The translations under genes and the position numbers were made by a program. A DNA stretch of 63,973 nucleotides, counting the filler, from Hyphochytrium catenoides (Eukaryota; Protista; Hyphochytriomycota), in the NCBI GenBank assembly GCA_900088475.1. It is 14 parts of 14 records of this genome, joined end to end, with 100 filler letters (N's around TTAATTAATTAA, not from the genome) between each part and the next. Parts side by side here need not be neighbours in the genome. Positions count along the whole stretch, not along the records: positions 8,750 to 10,645 come from FLMG01003145.1; positions 10,746 to 32,655 come from FLMG01001739.1; 12 more parts are not named here. One strand, 5' to 3'. A model generated the notes under the pieces. That model made no database searches. It saw only the letters and a program-made list of their open reading frames with translations, and was not told where the DNA came from. This document shows, piece by piece, positions 10,582-23,220 of the stretch (its first letter is position 1; each line of letters begins with the position of its first letter).

Positions 10582-12949
10582 GGAAGAGAAGAAGCAGACT
10601 CTCTCTCTCTCCTTTCACTCGACATCCTCTCTCTATACGGCTGCGNNNNNNNNNNNNNNNNNNNNNNNNNNNNNNNNNNNNNNNNNNNNTTAATTAATTA
10701 ANNNNNNNNNNNNNNNNNNNNNNNNNNNNNNNNNNNNNNNNNNNNCTTCAAGAGCAAGGTTATGTGGCACGTATGGCCACCGCCGATGTCAGCGGCGCCT
10801 TATTGCGAGCCCGAAAAGCGAAGCTATTCGTGAGTGTGCCTGAAGTGAAAGTCGAACTTCGCCCTCCTTCCCATTTTCTGTGTGTTTGTCGGCTTGTCTA
10901 TCGGTCATGCGTAGATGCGTCACGGCCTCAGTAGTAGCAATGCAAGGGCTGAAAAGGATTCAATTTGGGGGGATACACGTCACTCTTGAGAGGGATTGGT
11001 ATGCAAGGCCGGAACATGTGATTCCCATCCGTCTTGTCCCTCGTTATCGTTACGGTACGAGTGCAAGTACAGACCTGACACTTTTTTGTCGTTGTACCTG
11101 TTGTTAAACGTTATACCTCTTGCTAATCGGTAGTTGTAGCAAAATCATCACATGCGGGCGGGCTGTGAATAGAATAGAAAAAAATGAGAGCTGCGGCAGA
11201 GGGAGAATAATAGATATAGAGAGAGCTGGATCGATGGCGATTCTTTCCCTGCTTTGATGAGGCCCTAAAGAGTTTCCAGGGTTTCCTGCAAAGTTACTGA
11301 GGCCCCCTACCTTGGAAAGAAAGGTAATGGATGGAGATAAGAGATAAGTGTCTAGAGAATAGAGATCCCCTTCTTATCCTGAAAAAGGAATGATGGGAGA
11401 GAGAGAGGCCATACCATCTCCTCGCTTCTGGGATCGAGTAGTAGGCAATCACATCCATGACTCGATACAGTGCCACAGAAGAAGGATGAGCAAAAGACAG
11501 AGAGAGAGTGCTGCTGGTCATCTTCTGTTAGATCAGAGAGTAATATGATGAATGTTGTTTGTGAAGAAGGTCCTAGATAGCGCACCCGGAGGAGAAGGAG
11601 TACCGCTGCTGCTAGAAACTCCACCTATCGCCAGGACGACGGGCGGAAGGAGGCTGCTGCCTATAGATACCCCGGAACCCGAAGTGACCCAGAACTCCAA
11701 GCGACGTCGAGTAAATAGACGTCGAACACGGAAGTCTCGAGCGAATCGCAGCGCAAGGCGTGCTGCTAGCACTCGCCGTCGGCAAGATGCAGCGGGTAAT
11801 GAGGCTCGATTTATTCTTTCCTTGATGCTGCGAACTTCGTAGGTATTATGGTTGTCTAGATGCAGTACTTCTTTGGATAACGGTCTTTCTCTTGTGACTC
11901 TTGGTGGTGCTCTATGCTGACTATTAGAGCTATTTGCACTTTATTACTCCTCATCCGATCCTCCTCCATCGTTGTTACTGTCTCTGACGACCATATCCTA
12001 TATCCTCTTAGCTGCCCTCCTACCCGCTCTACCTCCCTCCATGCTTTGCTTTACCTTTATCGTCGCAGCTTGTCCAGTGCAACGACCTTTTGTTGGCTGC
12101 TTGTGGGACAAGTACTGTCTTGCCCTCCTACCTTCTACTCTTCCTATTATATTGTACTGGTACATATCTCCAAGAAGCAACAATGCTTCAGCTACGAGCT
12201 AGAATCTCCTAGCTAGCTCCTTGACACTCGCTCTCTGTGTGTTTACTCTCTCATCCTGCTCTCTGTATGTAAGCTAGACAATTCTCTAATCGTCAATACA
12301 TAGAGACTCTCAGTCTACTATCAAGTAGTCAGGATCTGCCCTTACAACTCTACAAAACAAAAGGGCATAGGGTATATCGTATCTCTTCTATCTACTACTA
12401 CTTTTTTGAGACTCGCCATTCCTTGCTTGCTGGCGCTTCGCTTGCTGGCTCAAGCGACCTTATCAAGTTAGCTGCGTCACTGAAGAACCTATAAGAGGGA
12501 AGAAGGAAGCATTTATAAGAAGAGGCGGGAAGGGTTTTTAAGGATGCCGACCGCTATTCTCGACGGCGGAACGACGATAAAACAATACTGCATACAGCTT
12601 CCTGTCTGCCGCAGCAGCAATGCCTGCCTTTCTTTTTGTGTCCTTCCTTCTTGAACCTCCTCAGCAGCCTCAACCGCCGTGCAATAGCAGCAGCAGCAGC
12701 TGTCGGTTGATGAAGTAGATAGAGAGAGGAGATTGGCCGCCGGCTGGCGGAAAAAAAAAACGTGAAGAAGGAGGTGAAGAATAATGCTGTTGTTTGGGGG
12801 GAGCTGGGGAGGAGGAGAATGATGATCAGTCGTAGCGAAAGGGGCAGAGAGGAACCAGGGAGCAGGCAGGAGGCAGGAGGATCTTCATCAAGAATCCACA
12901 CGTAAACATCCCGAATTTAATACTGGCCAACGGACTGGAGGGCGAGCTC

Positions 12950-13900
12950 CAGAGCTTGCTCCTCTATTTTTAGAAAAAAATTGTACCTGTCGATTGAACC
13001 CAGAAGACCAAGTTTTAGTTCTGTACTTTCTTATGGGACCCAATCTTCAACTTACTTCGCAATCAGGATGTGCAACATGGTCCTTCAAGTGATGAAGAAG
13101 TAGTACTCTGTAGGTGTTACCTTAGAAGTTATGATTCGTCGTAGGTCGCCAGCAGAATCTTGACATTTCTTATACCTCTGCAACGAAGAGGAAATAGAAA
13201 TGATTTCTTTCTAGAATATAAATTCGTCCCTATTGCCTTTATTATAGAAAGACGCACCAGTCGTTAGAACTTGTGTTTCCGGTCTCCTGGGGTGCGGCGA
13301 GTACAACGGCCCGAATACAGGGTACAGTAGGTAGCTTTATTATGCTTTATTGGGTGGTTTCAAGTCTCCCCTGAGGTTCCTGGTTCCCAGCACTCGCCAC
13401 CCACAAAAGTTCTATACGAACTAACAAGCATCCCCGTGTGATGATTCCCTACTATCGAAAGGTAAGTGCAGTTATTATGCCGGTACTTTCTTGCCGCAGA
13501 CGACAGGGACCGAATCTTCTTCTTGAATCTTCAACATCTTCGCAGTTCGCAGTCGTCAGGAGATTTCCAACAGTTACGAGCGCTTGCTGTGCCTCTATGT
13601 ACAGTACCTACTTGTACGGCTGTAGGATTGTAGTCGAACTAGTCATAGAATTTATATTGTTGACTGTGATGGACCGTGCTAGCTGTTCGTTACGGCGACG
13701 TTACGATCCGGCCACGAGCTTCTCCTATCCACGGTCTTCAGTGTACACCTGACTCTAAGAACACTAGATCTAACAGCCGCGTGTAGACTGTTTTGTCATC
13801 CGTCAAGAGAACGGGGTGGGTGAGCCCATAAACATACAAGGCTCTCAATAGACAAAACGGTAGTCTGCTCCTGCTGCTATTGTGTACTGTCGTATGTACC
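12950..13900 (+). mobile_element. Highly decayed Ty3/gypsy RT-RNase H relic (tentative)
   Basis: Ghost motifs in the expected order: SGLLGCGEY (cf. SFLGLxxYY), PRVMIPYYRK (cf. PVLxxPDxxK), EFILLTVM...SVYT* (cf. ELLAIV...FxVYTD). Many disruptions. Confidence 0.3.
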
Positions 13901-16710
13901 TCCGTCCATCAAGGTATCGCTGAACGAATAGGGAGAGAGCTCTACTTTTTGTGGGGGCCATCATCCACCAGACACAGTGACTTCTCGTTGAAAGTAATTA
14001 AGTAAATGAAAACATAAGAGGAGACGAGCTCCTCACTTGTTTGCCCTTAGGAGGGTGGGCAGACGGCCGTAGTATAGGTCACAGATCTCGGGCGGAGGAG
14101 TGCCCATCCTTAATGTTCCTAGTGTCTTCTGCTGTCTTTCAATCAATTCCGCATTGTTCTTTATAATAGCAGTTTGCTAGCAATTTCACCCTGTCTGCCT
14201 GCTTGGTCCAACATTTAGCTGCTAAGTCTCATCGGAGGGTCGAGGAGCGACTATACATCCGCTGCATGTGGCGTCCTAAGTTTTATTTCTCCTCCTTGTT
14301 GTGCCACAGACGAATAACCTTGATCATCCTTCTCTCCCTATCCATAGAGTGGTCTGTCGACTTTCACACCTTCTGGCTATTAGATTAGGCCCCATCTTCT
14401 TCCTTCTCACTCTTCTCTTCAATAATGTCCTAGAGATCTGCCTGCCTTGTCAAGGCAAAGAACGGCTGATGATGAAGAGGGGACAAAGACTGCAGTGAGG
14501 GACTGGTGGGCTCTTAACCGCTATGCAAGCAAATCATACTTTATTCTTTTTTAGAAAAGAGAGAAGAGCAAGTGACGGGCGGGGTCAGATAACCCAGGTG
14601 ACGAAGAGATCGGTTGACAGTCATAGTGGCGGTCTCTGGCCGGTTGATGTCACCTGTGACGTGAAGATGCCAGAGGATAGGAGCAGCATCATCATTACTC
14701 ATCGGCGGTGGTTTCCATCAGACTTGTTGTCACGACGCTTTCTGCAGCTTCTTTCAGTCCTTCTTGGTCCAGTTTTTAGCTGTTAATCATCGGAGGATGA
14801 AACGACCGTAGATGATCCGCTGCATTAACGTCCTAAGCTTCTTTATTTCTCTTATGGCAATAAGCCCATCACCACCATCATCTTGCTCCCTATCCTTTGC
14901 AAATTATCGTTTACTTTAACAGAACCTTTGACTAGAGGATGGTCCCATCTTCTGCCTGCTCATTCTGCGCTTTCATAGCGAGGAACGACTAGGCTGGTGA
15001 TGATGACAGAGAGGGGACAGAAAGAGTGCGTGCGTAACCGCTAATAATAAGCCAAGTGAAGAAGGCACAGAGAAACCTCTGCACAGGCTACTGTGAATAG
15101 TCTCAGAACTATCATTTATTGGTTGGGGGAGAGGAAGCAGAATAACAATTAAACAACGAAGCAGCAGTAGTATCAACTGTCAAACTCTGCACAAGCGCTT
15201 GGTGACAGTCCTCCTAAAAAAGATGGTGAATTGTTCTTACTATTTTATCAAGACGTTTCCTGCTGCTGGTGGGAGGGCAATCCTTCCGACCTATATAGAG
15301 TGGAGAGGCTGCAGAAGAAGAGGAAGAGGAATTAGTAGAGGGAGAATGTAGAGCTAGAGGCAAGCTGGTTAATAAGAGAGTTCAGATGACGAAAAGCATA
15401 ATAGGAGAGCAAGACAAAAGCAACAAAGATGTCTCACACGTTCAACGACGGCAGCCGCAGTGGCGGTTTCCCGTTTGAGGTCATCTGTGCAGAGGCTGCC
15501 AAGGGATAATAAGGAGCAGCAACAACATTACTCATCTTCGGTGGTTTCAAACAAACTGAATCATTCCCTTCTTCTTTGCCGTTTGACATCATTCGTTCGC
15601 CATCCATCATCCTGAATTTCCATGCCAGCCATATCTTCAGGGTTTCCAGAACATCTGATTTATTCCCGTCATACCACGACGATCATATCCATCAGCAGCA
15701 GTGCGGCAGCAGAGCCTACTTTCGCCGTTCTTCTCCACAAGGCGCTCTCATGACGACGAGCTACCTGCGGTTTCACTCCTTTTCCTGCTCCTCCCTTTCA
15801 CGTCTCATCGGCGGAGGATGGGTCGCTGTGACTCACCCTGCTAGCTGCTGCTTAGTACTAGATTGTACTAGCTTGCGCCTCACAGTCAGAGCGATTTCTG
15901 CCTATTCCGATCTCCCGTCGGAATAGCTAGTAGACCTGCTGTTATAATGTTCCTGTTCCTACCCCTTAGGCAACAACATGAACATTGTCTTCGGGTGCGT
16001 GGCCCCTCCTCCGCCTTCTCTCCTGCAACCGATCGGCTCACGACTACAGCCATCCCATCCTTACTTCCTCGCTCCTCCTCCTCATCATGATGGATCTGCA
16101 TCTTTTCCTTGATCTTTACGGGAAAGAGTCGTCTGGCTCTCTCTCTCGAAGTGAGGATGCTCTCAAATTTGTTCAATGCTTTACTGAACACTCTTCTCCT
16201 CTCCCTACAACCTGGTGCTTTTTACTTATTCCGCTGCTGCTGTTGTCATTCCTCCATAGGCTTATTATCTGGCGTGAAAGTGCTCTACTCTCAACAAAGC
16301 AATCAGAGAAGCAGCGAGCTGACGGCCAGCAGCTTGAGAAGCGCCCACATTCAGTCTCTCTTTTCTATAGGACAACGCACGCACCCACCATTGCCCGCAG
16401 CTGCCTACCACGACGACAGCGGTAGTGAAGACTACCTTGTAGCTCATCTATCTTCTGTGTAGCGCCTAGGGAGGCGTCGCTGGCTTCTTGCGACCCGTTT
16501 TCTCTGGGTTTACGGTGCGTGCTCTTATTGCACGGCGCAAGCCTAACTTAGTTGTCGTGGAAGATTTTTCCATAACCTGAACTCTGTTCTTAAGGAGGCT
16601 ACACTGTTTGTGTCTGGATAATAATAGAGGCGTTCCTGTCCTACAGGGCAAGACAGGAGGAAAAAAATATCAGCAGCACCTGTCTCTTCTATTGGACTTC
16701 TCCTTCAACG

Positions 16711-19624
16711 ATGAGGACCACTTCTAACATCGCCTTCCCTTGCAAGAGATGGCTATGCTCCAAATATCTCCCCTTCATGCTCCTCGTTTTCTGCGCCTTG
16801 TCCCTGTGTGGCTTTGTTCGTGATTACCATTGCGAAGCCTTGAAGCCTGAAGTCAGAAACGACGAAGAGAAGAACCTACCGTCCTATGACGGCGACGATA
16901 TGGACCTCGTGCTGAGTGACTCTTCTTTCTCCTCGTCTTCTTCTTCTTCTTCTCCAACTTCTGGTGCTTCTTTGGTTGCCCAAAGTCCGGATGCCTCCAG
17001 TGTTTTGTGGCTCTATTATATAACCTGGATGATCGTGGTGTCTGCCTTCCTTCTCTCTTTCTCTTGCATCATCCTCCTCTACAAGCGCAGACACCTCTAC
17101 CCTATCTACGCCCTGAACGTGCCCCTCATCATTGCCAATGAGCTGTTCGTCCCCTTCACTGTTTGGTCTTGGTCGCTGAACGTCATCACTCCTGACGCCC
17201 CATGCTGGTTCAACCTTCTCTTCTGGGACGCAGGACTCTTTCCGACCACCTTTACCCTCATTTTCTCAGTAATTAAGCTCTGGCTGGACGCTCGTTACCA
17301 TTTAGAAAGACTTCACGGCGTATCGGGTCCGCCCAGCAGCAATGATGGCGTCGGGAGTTCCCCGCCGTCTCTCTTGTCCGTTGAGAAAAAAAGAGACCAG
17401 AGGAGCTGGGTGGTCAGGTCTTATCCTTTGCTTACCAGTCTTAAACTAGTGGTCCCTCTCTCTTTCTGTCTCTGGCTAGAAGCATGGGGCTCTGCCATAA
17501 CTCGTGGAGTCAGAATACTGCCCTACTGGAACGAGAGCGCGACGAAGTCTGGCTGTGCAGATTACCAGGCGTTAGATGTAAGTTTCTCATCATTAAAGAC
17601 GAGAGGAGGAGGAGAGAGGACAACAGCCTGACAGAAGGAGGAGCAACAATAGGGAGAGGAGAAGGAGGACAGACAAGTGAAGAAGGGGAGAGCTGACCTC
17701 AGTCGCTTTATTACGTTGTTTGACCTCTTCTGTTTCTCGCAGTCTTCTCTTCTTTCTGCTGATGAGGAGTTCGCCTATCTCTCGCACGGAGGAGGCTGTC
17801 TCTCTTCTTCTATCTTTTATGTCTCTAGCAAATCTCTTCTTCTCTTTCGCTGCTGCACTGATTGATGACTAACAGTCCTGCCGGTTTGAACTCTCTTTTT
17901 TGCACCATCATACCATACCCATTTTCTCTTTGGCAGAACTACTTCGACCTGGTAAACTATGCAATCTGGGACCCTGTGGCCGTGATACTATCCATCTTCT
18001 TATTGAGGACTGTTCGTGAGGGCTTTAACATGAAGAAGAGGTTTATGATGGCCTGCATTGTCCAGCTCGTCGGCATAGCTTTCTATTATACCTGGGCAAA
18101 TGTCGCACCATACTTTGCGGAGGCGTCTCCTTCCATGCAGTACACCTACTTTGTAATCTCTGGCTGTTCGACAACCTTTTGTTCTCTCTCTCTCCATCTG
18201 TACACTGTTTTTGTTCCTTTCTCGGCCCTACGCGCCTCCTATGCCAATGAGAGAATTCAAGCTGCAAGAACTGCAGGAGGGACAGCAGCAGGAGGCGCCG
18301 GAAGAGATGGATTAAAGGCGGGAGGCGGAGGAGCCGGAGAGAATGGAGCAGTGGTTAGAAAGCCATTGGTCCAGAAGAGAGAAGATGTAAAGAAACTCTT
18401 GCACGACGCCAGCGAGGAATTTCTGCTCGATTTTCAAGGTCAGAGAAAAAGAATGGGGACGCCCGCTGCTTTGCATGTTCGTTGGTTCTGGTCTTCATCC
18501 CCACTGTCCATCTTCTTCTTATGCCAACAGGCCTCTTCGCTACCTAGTGTCCTAGGCATATCTGTCGCTCAACTCATTGAGCTGTCTCCTCAAAGGCGAT
18601 TTGTGCCAATTATACTATCTTCCCCTTCACCCTCCATGCGCTATCGTATTATAAGTTTCAGCCTTTTCCTTTGTGCCTTCCTCCAGCTAGCAACTAGTCC
18701 TCATGTTACTCTGTAGATCCTTACTCTTTCTCATAGGTTTCTTGCGCTTACCTGTTAAGATCCTGCTACGGGGCCTTTCTCTATTTTTGCTGCTAATCCC
18801 TCTCGTGCTCTCTCTTTTTCATCTCTCTTGTCTCTTCCTCGGCTTGCTATCAGTGTCTTCTCTTGTCCGTTCAATTAGCAGGCTCCTTTGGCTCTCCCAC
18901 TCTGGTCGAAACAACTGACTTGTCCCCGCGCATTCCCCTTTCACAATGTAGGCTACGCCGCCTCAGAGTTTTGCGCTGAGAATATGGTCTTCATGATGAC
19001 TCTTAAAAGATTCAAGCTGCTCAACGACCCCGGTGAAAGAGAGAAGCTCTCTCTTCATATCGTACACACTCACGTCAATCCAGGCTCTACCCTTGAGATC
19101 AACATCAGCGAGAAAGCCAAGAAAATTTTAACCAAGAAAGTGGCTGCTGGGGAAGGCGCCAGCGCAGAGTTCTGGGTAAGTCGTCTGCAAGAACGGTACT
19201 TAGGGTAGTAGGGGTAGGTCCGCAGGGTTAGAGCTGGATAATATGCTTGTGCTCTCTATGCTTGTCCGAGCATTGCATCTTAGTCTTGATGGGGCAGCAA
19301 TCACTCAGTAGACCCTCTTCTTCCCGTTGTCCAACTTCCTCCTCTTATATCTTTCTCGTTTTCCCACTGCTTATCGCTATGATTTTCCTATGTTGTGGGC
19401 TCTTTTTCCGCCACGCATTCTTCTACAGCTAGACCTGATCTATGTGCTTACACTTCGCTCTACTGATAAAGGAGTCTACGGCGGACGAGGTCTGCGCACT
19501 CCTACTGCCCACAGTAATTCGCTATGGCGAGAAGTGTGCCCAGAAGACCAACGGTGGCCTCCTGGAGGGTAAGAAAGGAGGAAGGGGCAGTGCGACCGTC
19601 CTTCCCAGCAGTCGTCATAAATAG
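16711..19624 (+). CDS. 7-transmembrane RGS (regulator of G-protein signalling) protein, ~581 aa, 4 exons
   Basis: Exons 16711-17577 (phase 0), 17937-18438 (phase 1), 18952-19175 (phase 0) and 19472-19624 total 1746 nt, all GT-AG and in frame. There are seven hydrophobic segments after an N-terminal signal-like helix. The RGS box reads DFQGYAASEFCAENMVF...IVHTHVNPGSTLEINIS...FWESTADEVCALL. Confidence 0.88.
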
Positions 19625-21199
19625 TTCGACATATGCTGACCACACCTCAAGGAAGGTGATCTCTTCTGAGTCTTCTGCGTTATCCCTTCATTGAGAGACA
19701 TCCTTTCAGGTGGATGGGGGTGTATCGAGAGGCTTATGTAAAAGAGCAAAGAGAGAAAGAGGGTGATCTCTTTTGGCGCGCATTGAGTTCCTCAAATAAT
19801 AGAGTCGACAAGCCCCACCTCGCCTCAGGCTTTATTTTTATCGTCATGTGCGGATAGATCTAAATCGATACACTTAAGAAACAACTGGTCCATACACCTC
19901 GACTGTCTTCGTCGTGCCTCGTCGCCCCAACTCTCTGCGACAAAGGGTGTGCCAGGCAGATGTCCTCCTTCTTTAATAGAAAGAGAGGAAGTAGTTACTT
20001 CTCTTCTCTCCCATGAATGAGAGGATAAGCATCATCATCAAATAATTTGTTTAACGCAACGCTAGTGCGCAGCAGCAGCTGTGGTTGGACAGCTCTATAT
20101 AGTTTGATGCTAGACGCAGCCCAAGCACACAGGCCTTAATATAAAGAGGGCTGAATGGTGGAAGAACCGCTGAGTTGAATCAGATAAGAGCCTTTTAAAG
20201 ATCTTCCTCTACGTCGTGGCAGACGGATGCTGGGGTAGAAGAACGATAATATGGGCACTGACTGTGCGACGATATACAGATTGACGGCCAGCCAGTGCTC
20301 ACAATATAATAATAAGAATCGTAAGTGCTGGTCGGATCCACAGCGAAGGGTATAGCGATTGTCAATGTACCCGAATAATAGCACTGAGGCTACTCCTTGG
20401 AACAGTGATTTCTCTTACCTACAATGACGACAGTCCTGAGGAGACGGTAATTGCATGATAGCACGGCCCCACCATACACGGGTTCGCTGTTGGTTGTCTG
20501 TCCAGCCGCCTAAGAGGGTTAGGGTTACGGTTAGGCTCCTGACGTGACGACGCTATGGGTTAACCACTACATTATCCTTACGGGTAGACGGTGAGATCAC
20601 AATATCGTGAAGACGACAAAAAATTTGATGCTAATAATGCATACACGTAAAGGTATTAGTGCTAAAGCTCTTTGGTGTCTCTGCGGCCAGGGCCAGCGAT
20701 GGGGGCCATCATCAGCAGAGCAGAGAACCTCTCAGTAACTTTCAACAGAAGAGCAAACCATGGTGAAGCACTACTCATCACAGTAATCGCACAATAAGCT
20801 AGCTGGTGCCACTATTTTTGTTTACCACCTGCCGCTGTTGTCGCCAGCCATGTTCACGCTCGTGAAGCCCAGTCGTCTCTTGCCGGCCGACCCGTTCTTT
20901 CTTACATAAAGAAGGAGAAGGAGAAGAACAAGTAGTGCAGAGAGCAAACTATAAGAAGCATTATTATGAAAGAAACAGGAGTGGGGGAAGTAGAAGATGA
21001 TTGTAGTGTTTGGAGCCTATCGGAGGAAACAAACCTCTCGTCAAAGACTCGTGATCTCCACTAACTGGGTTGCACAGAGGAAGACTACTTAGGAAAGAAC
21101 GCTCTAACGCAGGATCTGTAGGGATAACTTGTGGATAAATGCGAAGTGAGATTAATGCTTAGAGAGCGGCGATGCTAGCACACCGCGCTCAACCCTCGC

Positions 21200-21800
21200 T
21201 CTCAGTAACGTGCAATCTTTCGGTCTACTACTAAAGCTATATCTAAGCTAACATATACTATGCATAAAGCAACTGTCCCACTACTACTGAGCTGACATCC
21301 CAGGTCAAGCTGTGACCTTTCACGTTGATGGAAACATTTCCAACATTTCCATGCAACCTTCGAAACACTACAGTCTCCCCGCCTTAAACCCTTGCCTTCC
21401 TCGACAAGACCAAACCTTAGAAATCTACTAGTCAAGTAGAATCAGGTGCTTGACTGGTTCAGAGAAGATTTGCCCAGCAAGGATAGCACCCTCTTTCGAT
21501 GTTCCTTTCCAAAGGGACGAATTATATCCAACAACTGTCGCAGGCTTGCACCTTCTTCCGTCACCACCGAAGAATAAGGTTCTGTAAGGACAGCCGGTTG
21601 TGTGTCTTGCACAATTACCGGCTCGCTCCAAAACTCTGTCAGCGCTGTGGGCTCCTCTTGAGTGCTCAGGTAAGGCACTATATGTGGCACTTCTCTTCCA
21701 GGACTCAGACTCCTCTCGTTCTTCAGTTTGCCTTCGGGTAGTACTTGGTCTGACAATTTCTGCAATGAGACCTTTGCCTTCTTACTTCCCTCGTTGGTTG
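21200..21800 (-). mobile_element. Decayed Ty3/gypsy reverse-transcriptase relic
   Basis: LLDII...KEHRKRVLSLLGKSSLNQSST*FYLTSRFLRFGLVEEG mirrors the RT C-terminal pattern YLDDI...EHLxxVLxxLxxxxL...CxF....FLGxxVxxxG. An in-frame stop is present. Confidence 0.4.
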
Positions 21801-22202
21801 ACCTACGACATAGTTGTTTTCTACTTCAATTATCAATCTCAAGCCGGCCCAAATCCTTACATCTAGTACTCTTTTCCCCCGGAAACGAAATCTTCCTTTT
21901 CGTGGAGCAGCAGCAGTATGTGGCCATAATATTTATAACCTCAAATGCGGGAAGGGAGCAATATAAGAAGAAGGTTGAATGTGAGCATTGACAGATAGAA
22001 GGCGCGGTCTTTCACGTCTCGCAGATCGGGAAGAGAGGAACTCCCTCCTCTAACCGTGTCCGGCAAAGAGACGTGGCGAAGAGACCCAATCTACCATCTT
22101 CAACCACTTACCTTTGCGCAGAAAACTACTTTCTCTCCTTTCGTTTGATGAAGAAAGTCTGAGCGGGGCCCACGGGAAAGTAAGATGAACAAGGGAACGG
22201 GA

Positions 22203-22251
<49 letters not shown>

Positions 22252-22797
22252 GGTGATGAAGGATCTGAAATGACAAGAAGGATGAAGAGTGAGAAGGGAA
22301 AGGGATAAGGAAGAATCATAGAAGGCTAAGAAGGCGATACGAACAGAAAGGTTGAATGTGGGAGAAGGAGATTAGAGATATGTGGAGATGAGGAGAATAA
22401 AGAGAAAGAGCCACAGGCAAAGTAAAAGGAAGAAAAGAGAGAAGAAAGAAGACAGCTGGGTATAGCCCCAAAGAGGGCTTACCTCTTTCCTAAGTAATGT
22501 ACGAGAAGGAACGTCTTGTCATGTTTGAACCGTCTCTTGCTCAGACGTCATTTTCCTCTCTAATGAGACGACTGAGGAGAGCGGGGAGGAAGGACAATCT
22601 CTCTCTTTCTATGTCTCTGTTTCTCTCTTCTTCTTGCACTTCAAAATTAGGCTGCCTGGTGTTATTCTCTCCTTCCTCCTCTGTCAGCAGAGTGTGACTC
22701 CCTCTGATTTACCGGCTCACGCGAATCAAGCGGAGAGCGAGAGCGAGACAGAGTAGCCTAAGCAAATGCTAAAATCTCTCTCTTTCCCCTTCACCCC

Positions 22798-23220
22798 TCA
22801 GTTCCTTTCTGTTATGGGTGCATTTCCTCGACTACTAACCAACCACCTGATCCGCCTCGATGAGGATCGACCGATGGGATGCGGCCTCTCCTCTGTGAGA
22901 GTATATTCAGGACTAGTAGTCCTGACTCGTCGGAGCCAATCCTCAAGCTCCTCGACAGCTAGTACCTTATACGGCCCACTGTAGCGCGGCAGCAGGTTCG
23001 CTTTGGGACGTACCCTATCGACTTCATCCATGTTGCAGTCGGTCGCTATCATCGCCGTGTCTCCTACCTTGAGCTGCAAATCTGTCCGGTGAGGGTTGTC
23101 AAGTGCCTTCATGTAGTCCTGACTAGCGTCCAGATGGTCCAGAGCGACGAGGAGGGACACTTTGACGTTCTTTACGGTGTCTGCGACAGGGAAGAGGGGC
23201 AATCAGCCCTTCTCTATCTG
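22798..23220 (-). mobile_element. Ty3/gypsy integrase C-terminal (GPY/F) fragment with possible chromodomain remnant
   Basis: SQDYMKALDNPHRTDLQLKVGDTAMI...LLPRYSGPYKVL matches AQxxMKxxxDxxR...FxVGD...KLxPRxxGPYxV. IRWLVSSRG resembles a chromodomain YLVKWxG. Confidence 0.62.
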
